Positions 45,559 to 55,359 of a stretch of 64,000 nucleotides of DNA are shown one piece after another (within the stretch, counting starts at the first letter, position 1; every line of letters starts with the position of its first letter). A model generated the notes under the pieces. It did not search any database. It was not told where the DNA came from and saw only the letters and a program-made list of their open reading frames with translations. The position numbers were made by a program, and so were the translations under genes. Origin of the DNA: Lachnospiraceae bacterium (GTDB lineage: Bacteria > Bacillota > Clostridia > Lachnospirales > Lachnospiraceae). The stretch covers positions 27,800 to 91,799 of the forward strand of contig JBJEMA010000074.1 in assembly GCA_051879435.1 (NCBI GenBank), in the 5' to 3' direction.

Positions 45559-46536
45559 TTATTTCAAATTTACCTTATACCAATCAATGGCAAGCTGAAT
45601 TCCCTTTGAAAAATCGAATTCCGGATTATAGTCCAGCAACTTTCTTGCTTTTTCAATATTAGCATTGGAATGCTTAATATCTCCCGCCCGCTCCGGTCCA
45701 AATACCGGTTCGCGATTAATAGCAAGGGCTTTACAAAGATCATAGTAAATATCAATCAGATACTCTCTTCCGCCATAGGCAATGTTGAAGGCCTCTCCCG
45801 CCGCCTCGGAAGGCGCAAGTGCCGCTTTCAGGTTTGCCTCAATTACATTATCAATATACGTGAAATCTCTGGACTGTTTTCCATCTCCATGAATGGTTGG
45901 GGTTTCTCCATGAAGCAGTTGGCGGATAAATTTCGGAATGACCGCTGCATACGCTCCATCCGGATCCTGTCTTCGTCCAAATACATTAAAATAACGAAGT
46001 CCGTAAGTATCCAGTCCATAAAGTTTTTTATAAAGTTTTCCATACTCCTCGTTCGTGCGCTTTGTTAAGGCATAAGGGGAAAGCAGTTGTCCTTCCTGTC
46101 CCTCCACCTTGGGAAGCACCGGATGATCACCGTAAACAGAAGAAGAGGAAGCATAGACGAATTTTTTTACGCCCTGCTGTCTTGCGGCTTCCATCATATT
46201 TAAAGTTCCCCGGATATTGTTTTCCTCGTAAAAAAGAGGCATTTCAATGCTTCTCGGAACGCTGCCCCATGCCGCCTCATGAAACACATAGGAAACCCCC
46301 TCGCAAGCCTCTAGACAGCAATCCAAATCCTTGATATCGCCCTTTCGAAAGGAATATCCCTCTCTTCCCATGAGAAAATCCACATTTTCCTGTTTTCCTG
46401 TGGAAAGATTGTCCAGACACCGCACCCGGTAACCCAGATCAAGAATTGCTTCACATAAATTGCTCCCGATAAATCCGGCACCACCCGTTACCAGAAACAG
46501 GCTTCCCTCCGGAAACTTCAAATCCTTATATCCCAT
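45559..46536 (-). CDS. wbpP: UDP-GlcNAc(A) C4-epimerase (WbpP/TviC-like)
   Basis: [84 protein letters not shown]. Confidence 0.88.
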   Translation of the reverse strand: MGYKDLKFPEGSLFLVTGGAGFIGSNLCEAILDLGYRVRCLDNLSTGKQENVDFLMGREGYSFRKGDIKDLDCCLEACEGVSYVFHEAAWGSVPRSIEMPLFYEENNIRGTLNMMEAARQQGVKKFVYASSSSVYGDHPVLPKVEGQEGQLLSPYALTKRTNEEYGKLYKKLYGLDTYGLRYFNVFGRRQDPDGAYAAVIPKFIRQLLHGETPTIHGDGKQSRDFTYIDNVIEANLKAALAPSEAAGEAFNIAYGGREYLIDIYYDLCKALAINREPVFGPERAGDIKHSNANIEKARKLLDYNPEFDFSKGIQLAIDWYKVNLK

Positions 46537-46609
46537 CGTTCATCCTCTCTTCTTTCTTCAAAGTTCTATTCAAAACCACGCATTTCCTGCCTGTCACAGC
46601 GCGGCCCAA

Positions 46610-46720
46610 CGATATGCCTCATTTCATTCCTGCGCGCCCCGCCGATATGCTCATTTCATTCCTGCACGTGCGATCCGCCGATATGCTCATTTTATTCCTG
46701 CGCGCGATCCGCCGATATGT
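46610..46720. repeat. Intergenic tandem repeat, about 3.3 copies of a 33-36 bp unit
   Basis: CGATATGCTCATTT(C/T)ATTCCTGC..CGC..CCGC starting at 46610, 46643, 46679 and (partial) 46713. Confidence 0.9.
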
Positions 46721-46752
46721 TCCAACTTTCTTTTCACAGTGATACCCGCTGA

Positions 46753-48072
46753 CTACAATCTCCAATACAGATAATCTTCCCGGGCATCGTATGCTTTACG
46801 ATTCAGAATACCCTTCAAATCCAGGAGAACCTTCTTACATGACTTGTCCGGATAAAAACCATCAATGATTTCCGGAGTAAGGGAAAGGAACGGTTCATGG
46901 CTGACCGCAATGATCACGGCATCCATATCCCGCATCTTGTCTATGGTCTGGAATTCAATACCGTAAAGACGCTTTGCTTCCGCCGCGTCTGCAACCGGAT
47001 CCACTACAATTGGTGTAATTCCGTATTCATTTAATTCATTGTAAATATCAATAATCTTTGTATTTCTTGTGTCCGGGCAGTTTTCCTTAAATGTAAATCC
47101 GAGAATTCCCACATTTGCATTTTTTACATTACAATCCGCCTTGATTAAATTCTTAACCAGACTTTCTGCCACATATTTTCCCATATCGTCATTTATCCGG
47201 CGGCCTGACAGAATAATCTGCGAATGGTAACCCAGTTCCTCTGCCTTGTAGGTGAGATAATAAGGGTCCACACCGATACAATGTCCGCCAACAAGTCCCG
47301 GATAAAATTTCAGGAAATTCCATTTGGTTCCGGCCGCTTCCAGTACGGCCTTGGTATCAATGCCCATACGGTTAAAAATAATGGAAAGTTCATTCATAAA
47401 AGCAATATTGATATCCCGCTGACTGTTCTCAATCACTTTGGCTGCCTCTGCAACCTTGATGGACTCTGCGCGATATACACCGGCTTCCACCACAAGTTCA
47501 TATACTTTAGCTACCGTATCTAAGGTTTCCTCATCCATACCGGACACAATCTTGGTAATGGTCTCCAGGCGATGCACTTTATCTCCCGGATTAATTCGTT
47601 CCGGTGAATAGCCTATTTTAAAATCGACGCCACATTTCAGACCGGATTCCTTCTCCAGAATCGGAACGCAGATATCCTCGGTCACTCCCGGATAAACCGT
47701 TGACTCAAATACCACCACAGAACCTTTCTGCAGATTTCTTCCAAGAATTCGGCTTGCGCCTTCCACAGGCGACAGATCCGGCGTATGATCCGCATTTACC
47801 GGCGTAGGAACGGCAACAATGTGAAATCTGGCCTGTCGCAAATCCTCCTCCCGGGAAGTAAACATTACTTTTGTCGCACGGATTATGTCATCCCCAACTT
47901 CCTTTGTTGGATCCACTCCCGATTTATACAGGTTAATTTTCTCTTCATTCAAATCAAAACCGATGACCTGCACTTTGCGGGCAAATGCAACAGCTATAGG
48001 CATTCCCACATAGCCGAGACCCACCAATGCAATTTTCTCTTTTCCTGATATTATTTTCTCGTATAAATCCAT
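46753..48072 (-). CDS. wbpO: UDP-N-acetylhexosamine 6-dehydrogenase (WbpO/TviB-like)
   Basis: VGLGYVGMP, VAVPTP, ESTVYPGVTE, YSPERINPGD, AEAAKVIENSQRDINIA, GLVGGHCIGVDPYY, GFTFKENCPDTRN. Confidence 0.9.
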   Translation of the reverse strand: MDLYEKIISGKEKIALVGLGYVGMPIAVAFARKVQVIGFDLNEEKINLYKSGVDPTKEVGDDIIRATKVMFTSREEDLRQARFHIVAVPTPVNADHTPDLSPVEGASRILGRNLQKGSVVVFESTVYPGVTEDICVPILEKESGLKCGVDFKIGYSPERINPGDKVHRLETITKIVSGMDEETLDTVAKVYELVVEAGVYRAESIKVAEAAKVIENSQRDINIAFMNELSIIFNRMGIDTKAVLEAAGTKWNFLKFYPGLVGGHCIGVDPYYLTYKAEELGYHSQIILSGRRINDDMGKYVAESLVKNLIKADCNVKNANVGILGFTFKENCPDTRNTKIIDIYNELNEYGITPIVVDPVADAAEAKRLYGIEFQTIDKMRDMDAVIIAVSHEPFLSLTPEIIDGFYPDKSCKKVLLDLKGILNRKAYDAREDYLYWRL

Positions 48073-48270
48073 TTTCCGTTTCCAGCCTTTCTATCTGTTA
48101 TTTTATCCTTTATGCCGTCATTTTCTTCTCAATTTTCTTCCTCTTCATGGCAACATCTCATTTTCTGTGTTTCATGAAACAATTTCTTCTCCATTTCCTT
48201 CTTCTTTGCGGCGGCTATTTTTTTCTGTATATCTCTGAAGACATCTCCCATCGATTCTGCACCGAATCAT

Positions 48271-49791
48271 TTACTCTGACAGATAAAGCACCATGGTACC
48301 GTCAATGATTTTCACCGACCGTTCAGAGGGCCAGACTTCCATCTCACCAAACGCGTCCGTCTCCATCAGTTCAGCAATTCTCGCCTCGCTGCTTTCGGTA
48401 TAATGCGTAGAAGTATACCAGTTCAAAAGCGAGATATATTCTCTCGGTACGGAAAGAAACAGGTTGGAAACCACCCCGGACATCATCGGCGCCGCATAGA
48501 TATATTCCGGTTTTTCAAATGTTGAGCCGATAATAGCTACTTCCATATCATCGTGATAGCCCTCTTGTATTTCCATCCGCGCCTGCAAACGATTCAACAA
48601 AAATTCCATTTTCGTATTGGCATTGTCCACGCTGCGATATGCCTGATGGGCAATCACAGTAAAATGGAAGGAAATACAAAGAAGAAGAACACAAAGCAAA
48701 ATCCATAAAGAATGCCTTCTTCGGTACTGCTTATCCAGCCACTCCCCGAATTTTCCAAAACCACAGTCCAGATTTTCCATCATTACCAACGGATAAAGAT
48801 AAATAAGGACAATGCCGTACTCCATGGAAGTAGAGGTATATGCCACCTCCTCGGAAGCAAATTCAAATGCAAATCCCGGCAAAGGAAGGATCAAAAGCAA
48901 CAGGAACGCGATAATCCACCGCACCGGTTGTTTCCACAGTTTCTTTTTGGTAAAAAGAACAAAAACAATCACTGCCAGTAATATAAATAAAAGCACATTC
49001 ATTACGTTGTAGCAGTTCACCTGGAATCGCACAATGAAATATCTTGCAAAATCAATATAGCAATCCGCCACTGCTCCGATTATCCGTTTCATCATGCCGG
49101 TGCTTTGTCCGTTCATGCCCATATATTCTGTGGTGCCGAAACCGTATGCACTCCACACAATCTTTAAAATTATACCATACAATACAAGTCCGAAAATTCC
49201 GGTTCCGAAAAAGCGTCCCACCGTTTTCCAGAAAGATTTCATTTTCTCGCCGGGATTAAGAAGAAGCAACAATAACCAGAGTACCATAAGTAAAATGGTT
49301 GTGGTGATGAAGGCCTGATAAAATCCCAGAGATACAAAAAGGCACAGACCACCTAATACAATGCCCCGAAAGCCCTCTTTTTTCACACTAAAGAAAACTG
49401 CCAATGTAGCAAAAAGCAGGGAAATCATGTAACCGTCAGCGGTATACATGTAGGTGAACATACTTGTTACCACAGGATTAGCCACCAGAATCCAAGCCGT
49501 AAGCAACAATGCAATCGGACGCTTCAAATCAAAAATTTCCGCAATCACCACGGCTGTAAAACCGATGAGAAGAATGGAAAACAAACCGATGAAAAACGGT
49601 AACTCATAATTACCCCGGATTTTTTCCACCAGCGGAAGAAGGTAGCGCCCCAGATAAATTACCCATCTTGGCTCAATGGAATTCAGATAGTTGGTCGTAT
49701 CCGCATTTACCATCACATTGGTCAGGCGAAATGCATGCGTTAATAAACCTATGATAACTGTATAAAGAAAAATCTTTTTATTTCTTGTCAT
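48271..49791 (-). CDS. GtrII-like glucosyltransferase (GT-C membrane protein)
   Basis: NADT after TM1, W...GRY, YMYTADGY, SLGFYQA, external C-terminal domain ending MEVWPS...IKIIDG..VL. Confidence 0.8.
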   Translation of the reverse strand: MTRNKKIFLYTVIIGLLTHAFRLTNVMVNADTTNYLNSIEPRWVIYLGRYLLPLVEKIRGNYELPFFIGLFSILLIGFTAVVIAEIFDLKRPIALLLTAWILVANPVVTSMFTYMYTADGYMISLLFATLAVFFSVKKEGFRGIVLGGLCLFVSLGFYQAFITTTILLMVLWLLLLLLNPGEKMKSFWKTVGRFFGTGIFGLVLYGIILKIVWSAYGFGTTEYMGMNGQSTGMMKRIIGAVADCYIDFARYFIVRFQVNCYNVMNVLLFILLAVIVFVLFTKKKLWKQPVRWIIAFLLLLILPLPGFAFEFASEEVAYTSTSMEYGIVLIYLYPLVMMENLDCGFGKFGEWLDKQYRRRHSLWILLCVLLLCISFHFTVIAHQAYRSVDNANTKMEFLLNRLQARMEIQEGYHDDMEVAIIGSTFEKPEYIYAAPMMSGVVSNLFLSVPREYISLLNWYTSTHYTESSEARIAELMETDAFGEMEVWPSERSVKIIDGTMVLYLSE

Positions 49792-49893
49792 TCTATTTCC
49801 ATACCTTTTCTATTCTTTCCAAGTTTTGCACCGTTTCCGCACTTTCGATTCCGATTTTATGCACTGCAAACCAAGTCCCCTTTATTCCGGCGA

Positions 49894-51033
49894 TTATTCT
49901 TCCGGCACCTGTGGCTTTCCTTCCGGCGGCTGATCGCCCAGCACCCGGTGGATTTCTTCCAGATATATTTTCATGACAATCTTACGGTCAAATTCCCTTT
50001 CCATTTTTGCCCGACCGCATTTACCCATTTCTTCTTTTTCATCCCGGGTCAACAAATGGAATTTTTCCATGGCATCATAAAGAGCCTTCGCATCTTTTGG
50101 CGGGAAGGAAAATCCCGTTTTCCCATCTTCCAATGTTTCCGCGCATCCCGGTATATCAGAAGCCAGAATCGGCCGTCCTGTGGCTGCCGCTTCCAGACAA
50201 ACATTGCTCATGCCTTCGTGATAGGTAGGATTTACCAGACAGGAAGCAGCTTCCAAAAAGGTTTCCGGATCATTTCGCCAGCCATAATACCGAAGATAAC
50301 CCTTGGTCTCCAGGGCCTTCAGTTTCTCCTCATAAGCCTCCTCGCAAAATCCAACCACATCAAATAGCACATCCGGATATTTCTCTTTCATCTTTTCCAT
50401 TGCAGTGAAAAATTCCTCCGCGCCCTTGGCCTTCATGATTCTGGCCATGTACAAAAAAGTCTCCTGCTCCGGATACGGTTTAATAGCGAAATGTTCCAGA
50501 TTAATTCCGGAACCGGGAACAAGTCGAAGTTTTTCCTTATCCCGAATAGCGCCCCGATTGATTAAAAACTCCCGGCTGCTTTCATTCTGAAAAAATACCG
50601 CCTCGGCTTTTGAAAATCCTTTTCGAAGCAAAGTGCAGCATACCTTTTGCAGGAATCCTTCTTTTTCAAATGCGTAACCCAGACCTGTCACCGTTCCCAT
50701 ATAAGGAATACCCAATTTCTGACAGGCCATGGCGCCATAAGCATTCGGCTTTATCGTATAGGTCAGAACCAGATCCGGTTTCTGCTGCCGTAAAATGTGG
50801 CAATACAGTTTTTTAATCTGCAATTCCTGAAAAGGATTTTTCCCACGGCGCTGCATGGGAGTTTCCACCAATTGACATCCCTTTTCCTTTAGTTCCTCAT
50901 AAAGGGAGTAATCTGACTCATTCATGGGAGTCAGCAAAGTAACCTTATATTGCAGCAATAGTTGTAAAATCAGTTCCTTACGAAAATTGTATAAACTTCC
51001 AAAACTGTTTGAAATTAAAATGATATGTTTCAT
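49894..51033 (-). CDS. Glycosyltransferase family 4 (PglA/CapM-like)
   Basis: SLYNFRKELI, YTIKPNAYG, TGLG, FFQN, PGSGIN, ARIMKAKG, HEGMSNVCLEAAATGRP..ASDIPGC. Confidence 0.92.
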   Translation of the reverse strand: MKHIILISNSFGSLYNFRKELILQLLLQYKVTLLTPMNESDYSLYEELKEKGCQLVETPMQRRGKNPFQELQIKKLYCHILRQQKPDLVLTYTIKPNAYGAMACQKLGIPYMGTVTGLGYAFEKEGFLQKVCCTLLRKGFSKAEAVFFQNESSREFLINRGAIRDKEKLRLVPGSGINLEHFAIKPYPEQETFLYMARIMKAKGAEEFFTAMEKMKEKYPDVLFDVVGFCEEAYEEKLKALETKGYLRYYGWRNDPETFLEAASCLVNPTYHEGMSNVCLEAAATGRPILASDIPGCAETLEDGKTGFSFPPKDAKALYDAMEKFHLLTRDEKEEMGKCGRAKMEREFDRKIVMKIYLEEIHRVLGDQPPEGKPQVPEE

Positions 51034-51051
51034 ATTTTTCCCTATCCTGCT

Positions 51052-52218
51052 TCAGCGCAGGAAAATTTCTTCATACCGGTTGATAATAAAATCCCAGTTA
51101 TATTCCTGTCTGACTCTGCTTTTGGCTATGTCTGCCAGACATTCTATATCCGCATCGTTCATTTCCTCTGCCCGGTGGATCAGTTCTCTTAAACTGCCTT
51201 CTTCCTTTGTCCAGTAAAGAGCACCATCCTTTGCAACTTCCCGGTTAAAACCCACATCCAGAAGTAAATTGCATCCGGTTGAACCCAGCGCCTCCAGAAG
51301 GGAAGGATTGGTACCTCCCACCTCATGACCATGAAGGTATGCAAATGCATTTTCCCGGATTTTCATCAAAAGTTCCTGCTCATAAACGGTTCCCACAAAT
51401 TTGATTCGCGAATCCTGCTCAAAACCTGTTGTTACACGGAGTTGTTCATAAAACTTATTTTTCTCCACATTGGAAATGATCACCAAATCCTTTTTTGTAT
51501 CAGAGGACATAAATTCCCGCAGCATAGTCTCATAATTATTATCCGGGACAAAACGACCCACGATGAGAAAATACCCCTCTTTTGTAATCTGATGTCCGGC
51601 ACAAAAATCCTGAAACTCTTCCTCCGAAGCCTTGGAAGGCCGTACTTCTGCTCCATAGGCAATAAATGTGGTTTCTTTTACCCGGGAACCGTAAGTTTTA
51701 CGAATATAAGACTCGATATTCCGGGAATCGCAAATGGCCAGATCACTGTTGACAACCAGACATTTTTCGCAAAACAGCAAAAATTTTCCAAGCGGACCTT
51801 TCCATTTTGCCCGCTTCCATTCCAACCCGTCGGGATTCACACATATGGTAACTCCCAGACGATGCAACCTTTTTGCATGGTGCTTCATCAAAGGTCCGAT
51901 ACGGCATCCCAGTATACAAACCACAATTTTCCCGCCGGGATGTTTTTTCGCAAAAGTTTCTACCCGGGAAAGTACCCGGGAAACATGAAGAATTCTTCCG
52001 GCTGCACCGGGCAGAGGAAGTTTTACACCAAAGCAATCTGCCCCTTGGTAAGTAAATTGTTTTTCCTCCTGATCCATGCAGGAAACATGATATTGAATCG
52101 CCTGCGATTTTTTCCCTGATACAAGATGATCTGCAAATGTCTCAAAACCGCCGTATCTGGCCGGAATCCCTTTGGATGCCACCAAAAACACATCCACTTT
52201 ATTCTTCCCCTTTTCCAT
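51052..52218 (-). CDS. DUF1972/GT4 beta-rhamnosyltransferase (WchF/Cps2T-like)
   Basis: SKGIPARYGGFETF, NPDGLEWKRAKW, FIAYGA, VGRFVPDNN, YLHGHEVGGTNPSLLEAL, DVGFNREV; follows a priming transferase. Confidence 0.88.
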   Translation of the reverse strand: MEKGKNKVDVFLVASKGIPARYGGFETFADHLVSGKKSQAIQYHVSCMDQEEKQFTYQGADCFGVKLPLPGAAGRILHVSRVLSRVETFAKKHPGGKIVVCILGCRIGPLMKHHAKRLHRLGVTICVNPDGLEWKRAKWKGPLGKFLLFCEKCLVVNSDLAICDSRNIESYIRKTYGSRVKETTFIAYGAEVRPSKASEEEFQDFCAGHQITKEGYFLIVGRFVPDNNYETMLREFMSSDTKKDLVIISNVEKNKFYEQLRVTTGFEQDSRIKFVGTVYEQELLMKIRENAFAYLHGHEVGGTNPSLLEALGSTGCNLLLDVGFNREVAKDGALYWTKEEGSLRELIHRAEEMNDADIECLADIAKSRVRQEYNWDFIINRYEEIFLR

Positions 52219-53623
52219 CTACTTCACACCTTTCCGATGTTTTCCGGTATTCACGGGTTTCTCCGGTTTCCCCGCTCTCAAACCCCTCGGTACTGGATTT
52301 CATAAACAATACCTTAATTGTCATAACCACAATCCGGAAATCCAGGGCAAGCGAATAGTTTTCGATGTACATCAGATCTAATTTCAATTTATCATATGCC
52401 GTGGTATTGTATTTTCCGTATACCTGGGCATATCCCGTAAGTCCGCCCTTTACCTTTGTACGGTAACAGAATTCCGGAATGGAAGCCGTATATTTTTCCA
52501 CATGTTCCACGCGTTCCGGACGAGGACCCACCAGACTCATATCGCCTTTTAGAACATTAATCAACTGGGGAAGTTCATCAATTCGGGTTTTTCGGATAAA
52601 ACGCCCCACCTTTGTAATCCGGTCATCATCACTAACCGCCGGTCTTGCCTTCCCATCCTTCTCCGCATCCACAATCATGGAACGGAATTTGTAAATAATA
52701 AAACGCTTTTCGTTCAGAGTCACACGCTGCTGGGTGAAAAATACGGGACCATGGTCCTCCAATTTAATCAAAAGGGCAGTCAGCAGCATAATCGGAGATG
52801 TGATAAGAAGCATCAGCAGAGAAACCACAACATCAATGATGCGCTTCACCATTTTCTGTTCAAAGGTAAGTCCGATATTATTGGACATGAGAAGAGGAGT
52901 GTCAAACAGATGATGTTCTCTGGCACTGCGCACCAGAATATCTGAAATTTTCGGTGTCTGGTAAACCCGGATGCCTTCTCCGTAACAATACTTAATCAAA
53001 TCATTCCGAAGAGGCGATGCCACATCATAGATAATAACGGAATCGTGATTTTTCATCCGTTCACATATCTTTGCAAACCCTTCCTTTGCGCAAATGGTAT
53101 CTCCCACAACATATTTGTCTTTTCTTGTGTTAACCTTGTCCAAAAAAAACTTCACATTGTCATTTTCATAAATCACCAGAATATTCCACGCCGGGAACAA
53201 ATGCACATAGAGGCGGTCAAACAAATGAACAAAAATAACGGAAACCAGAATCTGGGCCCCGAACAGGCAAAGATACGCCAGCAGTATTTCATCCACCATA
53301 TAAATGGAACTGATGGTAAGTACCGTCTGCACCGCCATAATCAAATTTACGCAGAACATACCCAGTACCTGGGAAAGGACTGCATTTAACGCTGTGTAAA
53401 ATCCGATTTCAAAACCACCAAAAATCTGGATGAAAATAAGGGTAACAATAGCATAAACCCCGATTTCCATGAAGTTACCGGTTCCTGTAAACGGCTTAAT
53501 GTTTAACAGGTTCAGATAACGGTACCATATAAAGCCAAAGAGGGAGCACATGATATCCAGAGTTATTAAAATTTCACTGATTTTGAACAATCGCTTGTAC
53601 TGTTCATAACTTTTATCTTTCAT
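52199..53623 (-). CDS. Priming polyprenyl glycosylphosphotransferase 2
   Basis: N-terminal TMs; KRIID, KFRSM, DDRITKVGRFIRKTRIDELPQLINVLKGDMSLVGPRPER, KGGLTGYAQVYGKY, DLMYIENYS. Confidence 0.93.
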   Translation of the reverse strand: MKDKSYEQYKRLFKISEILITLDIMCSLFGFIWYRYLNLLNIKPFTGTGNFMEIGVYAIVTLIFIQIFGGFEIGFYTALNAVLSQVLGMFCVNLIMAVQTVLTISSIYMVDEILLAYLCLFGAQILVSVIFVHLFDRLYVHLFPAWNILVIYENDNVKFFLDKVNTRKDKYVVGDTICAKEGFAKICERMKNHDSVIIYDVASPLRNDLIKYCYGEGIRVYQTPKISDILVRSAREHHLFDTPLLMSNNIGLTFEQKMVKRIIDVVVSLLMLLITSPIMLLTALLIKLEDHGPVFFTQQRVTLNEKRFIIYKFRSMIVDAEKDGKARPAVSDDDRITKVGRFIRKTRIDELPQLINVLKGDMSLVGPRPERVEHVEKYTASIPEFCYRTKVKGGLTGYAQVYGKYNTTAYDKLKLDLMYIENYSLALDFRIVVMTIKVLFMKSSTEGFESGETGETREYRKTSERCEVDGKGEE

Positions 53624-53698
53624 ATTAAACCATGCCTTTTCTCCGCCTGCCGGTATCTCCCCAGGCGCAATGTTGCGTTTACGAATTTTCTTTCCGTT

Positions 53699-55357
53699 TT
53701 ATGAAATTTCCTTTGCATTTCGTTTTTTCAAAATATCCGTTTCCGACAAAAGATAACCAATACCCACAAATTGCAACAGGCAAATCAGATACGCCGGATG
53801 ACCGATCCACTCCGTTACCTGGCTGATGACGCAGATTCCCTCCAAGAGAACCACCAAATAAAGATATTTGTTTTCCTGTCCCTTTTTCCAATACAGGAAA
53901 ATACTGTACGCAAAAGCCCCAACGGTTAATACCAGGAACAGGATACCTGCAACAATTCCGTACTGGTACAAAATATGAATATAGGTGCTGTGGGCATGAA
54001 AAGCAAAATAACCGGACTCCAGGGTAAGGTGACCCGGGCAGTGACCGGTAAGATTGGTTTTTTCCAAAAAGGCCTGCCAGATTTCTACCCGTCCGTTTGT
54101 TACATCACGCTCTGTATCCACTTCCACCGTTGCTTCCTCTCCGGTGGCTTCCTGCTCTTCAAAATTAATATAAATGCCCCATTTCCCAAATACAATACGC
54201 AGGTATTCCGCCATGGATGTATATTTCTCCGACTGGGAAGGATCATTTTTCATTATTCTGTGTTCCGGATCATATTCGCCGTCAAAATAAGTCGGCTCAT
54301 TTAACTTTGCCGGAACATAGCGAATCACCAGATAAGTGGCCTGGAACAATGCGGCAACGGAAAGTAACGCAATGACATAACGGAGAAGCACCAGCCATTT
54401 TTTCTTCTCCCGGATCATCTGCAGAACGAAAACGGTAAATGTGCCAAACAAAATTCCCAGAATCGTTGTTCTTGTATAATTAAACAGGGCGATGCCTGCA
54501 ACAAAACCAAAAAGAAGATGATAATTCACCAGCATGATGACCCGGGTGGTGCGATCTGCTTTCTTATGCCACCAATCGTTCATCCGAAACAGAATGACGG
54601 CTACTATGGTTGCAAAATACATACCCGCCATGTTGCTGTTGGAAAAGTAAGCCATGTAACGATTCGTATCAAAAGGACGATGATACAGAGATTTATATAA
54701 GACATAAACCAGGGATAACAGGCAGGCGTCGCACACAGCACGAAAAAGCAGTTCTCTTCGCTGCGGCTTTGCCAGCATGGAATAATAAAGTGCAGTAAAG
54801 CCAAGAGAAAAGAAGGTAATGTAGTAATATTCCCTGTGAAAAATCACAACCCAGACGGCATAAAGAATCCAGACAATTCCAAATACGGGATTTGCCGAAC
54901 GCATCCGTTTCCATGTTTTGTTTTTTATCATATCCCGCACAATGGCAATCAGCACAATTCCCCAAACCAGGGCAACCAGTTTTCCATAACGGATGACATC
55001 CACATGCTCATATTTGCACACATCCGGTATCCATTGTTTCGCATACGCAATGCGCATGACAAAATACCAGATAGGAAGATACACAAGGGAAATCCAATGA
55101 AGATAACTGCGCACATCCAGCATGGTGAGCACCATCAGCCCAAAGGCAATACAAAATGGGCGAAAGGAAATGGCCTGCTGATAATTACTGCCGGAATTCA
55201 TAAAATTGATTCCGTAATAAATCTGCGCTAAAAAAAAGACGACAAACAACAGATAACGATATGTATCCGGATTTTTTATCCGGTTTTTCTTTTCACATTG
55301 TATTATCTCCATGGTTTCATCCAATTCTTTCATATTACTGATTATGCTATTTATCAC
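53699..55357 (-). CDS. O-antigen ligase / O-oligosaccharyltransferase-like membrane protein (Wzy_C domain)
   Basis: RYMAYFSNSN, NYTRT, large external loop, TNGRVEIW...G..HAHSTYIHILYQYG. Confidence 0.75.
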   Translation of the reverse strand: MINSIISNMKELDETMEIIQCEKKNRIKNPDTYRYLLFVVFFLAQIYYGINFMNSGSNYQQAISFRPFCIAFGLMVLTMLDVRSYLHWISLVYLPIWYFVMRIAYAKQWIPDVCKYEHVDVIRYGKLVALVWGIVLIAIVRDMIKNKTWKRMRSANPVFGIVWILYAVWVVIFHREYYYITFFSLGFTALYYSMLAKPQRRELLFRAVCDACLLSLVYVLYKSLYHRPFDTNRYMAYFSNSNMAGMYFATIVAVILFRMNDWWHKKADRTTRVIMLVNYHLLFGFVAGIALFNYTRTTILGILFGTFTVFVLQMIREKKKWLVLLRYVIALLSVAALFQATYLVIRYVPAKLNEPTYFDGEYDPEHRIMKNDPSQSEKYTSMAEYLRIVFGKWGIYINFEEQEATGEEATVEVDTERDVTNGRVEIWQAFLEKTNLTGHCPGHLTLESGYFAFHAHSTYIHILYQYGIVAGILFLVLTVGAFAYSIFLYWKKGQENKYLYLVVLLEGICVISQVTEWIGHPAYLICLLQFVGIGYLLSETDILKKRNAKEIS

Positions 55358-55359
55358 AT

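Noticed and set aside
46610-46720. Possible mini-CRISPR array
   Set aside because: The segments between cores are only about 10-13 bp and resemble each other; no cas genes; it is a tandem repeat.
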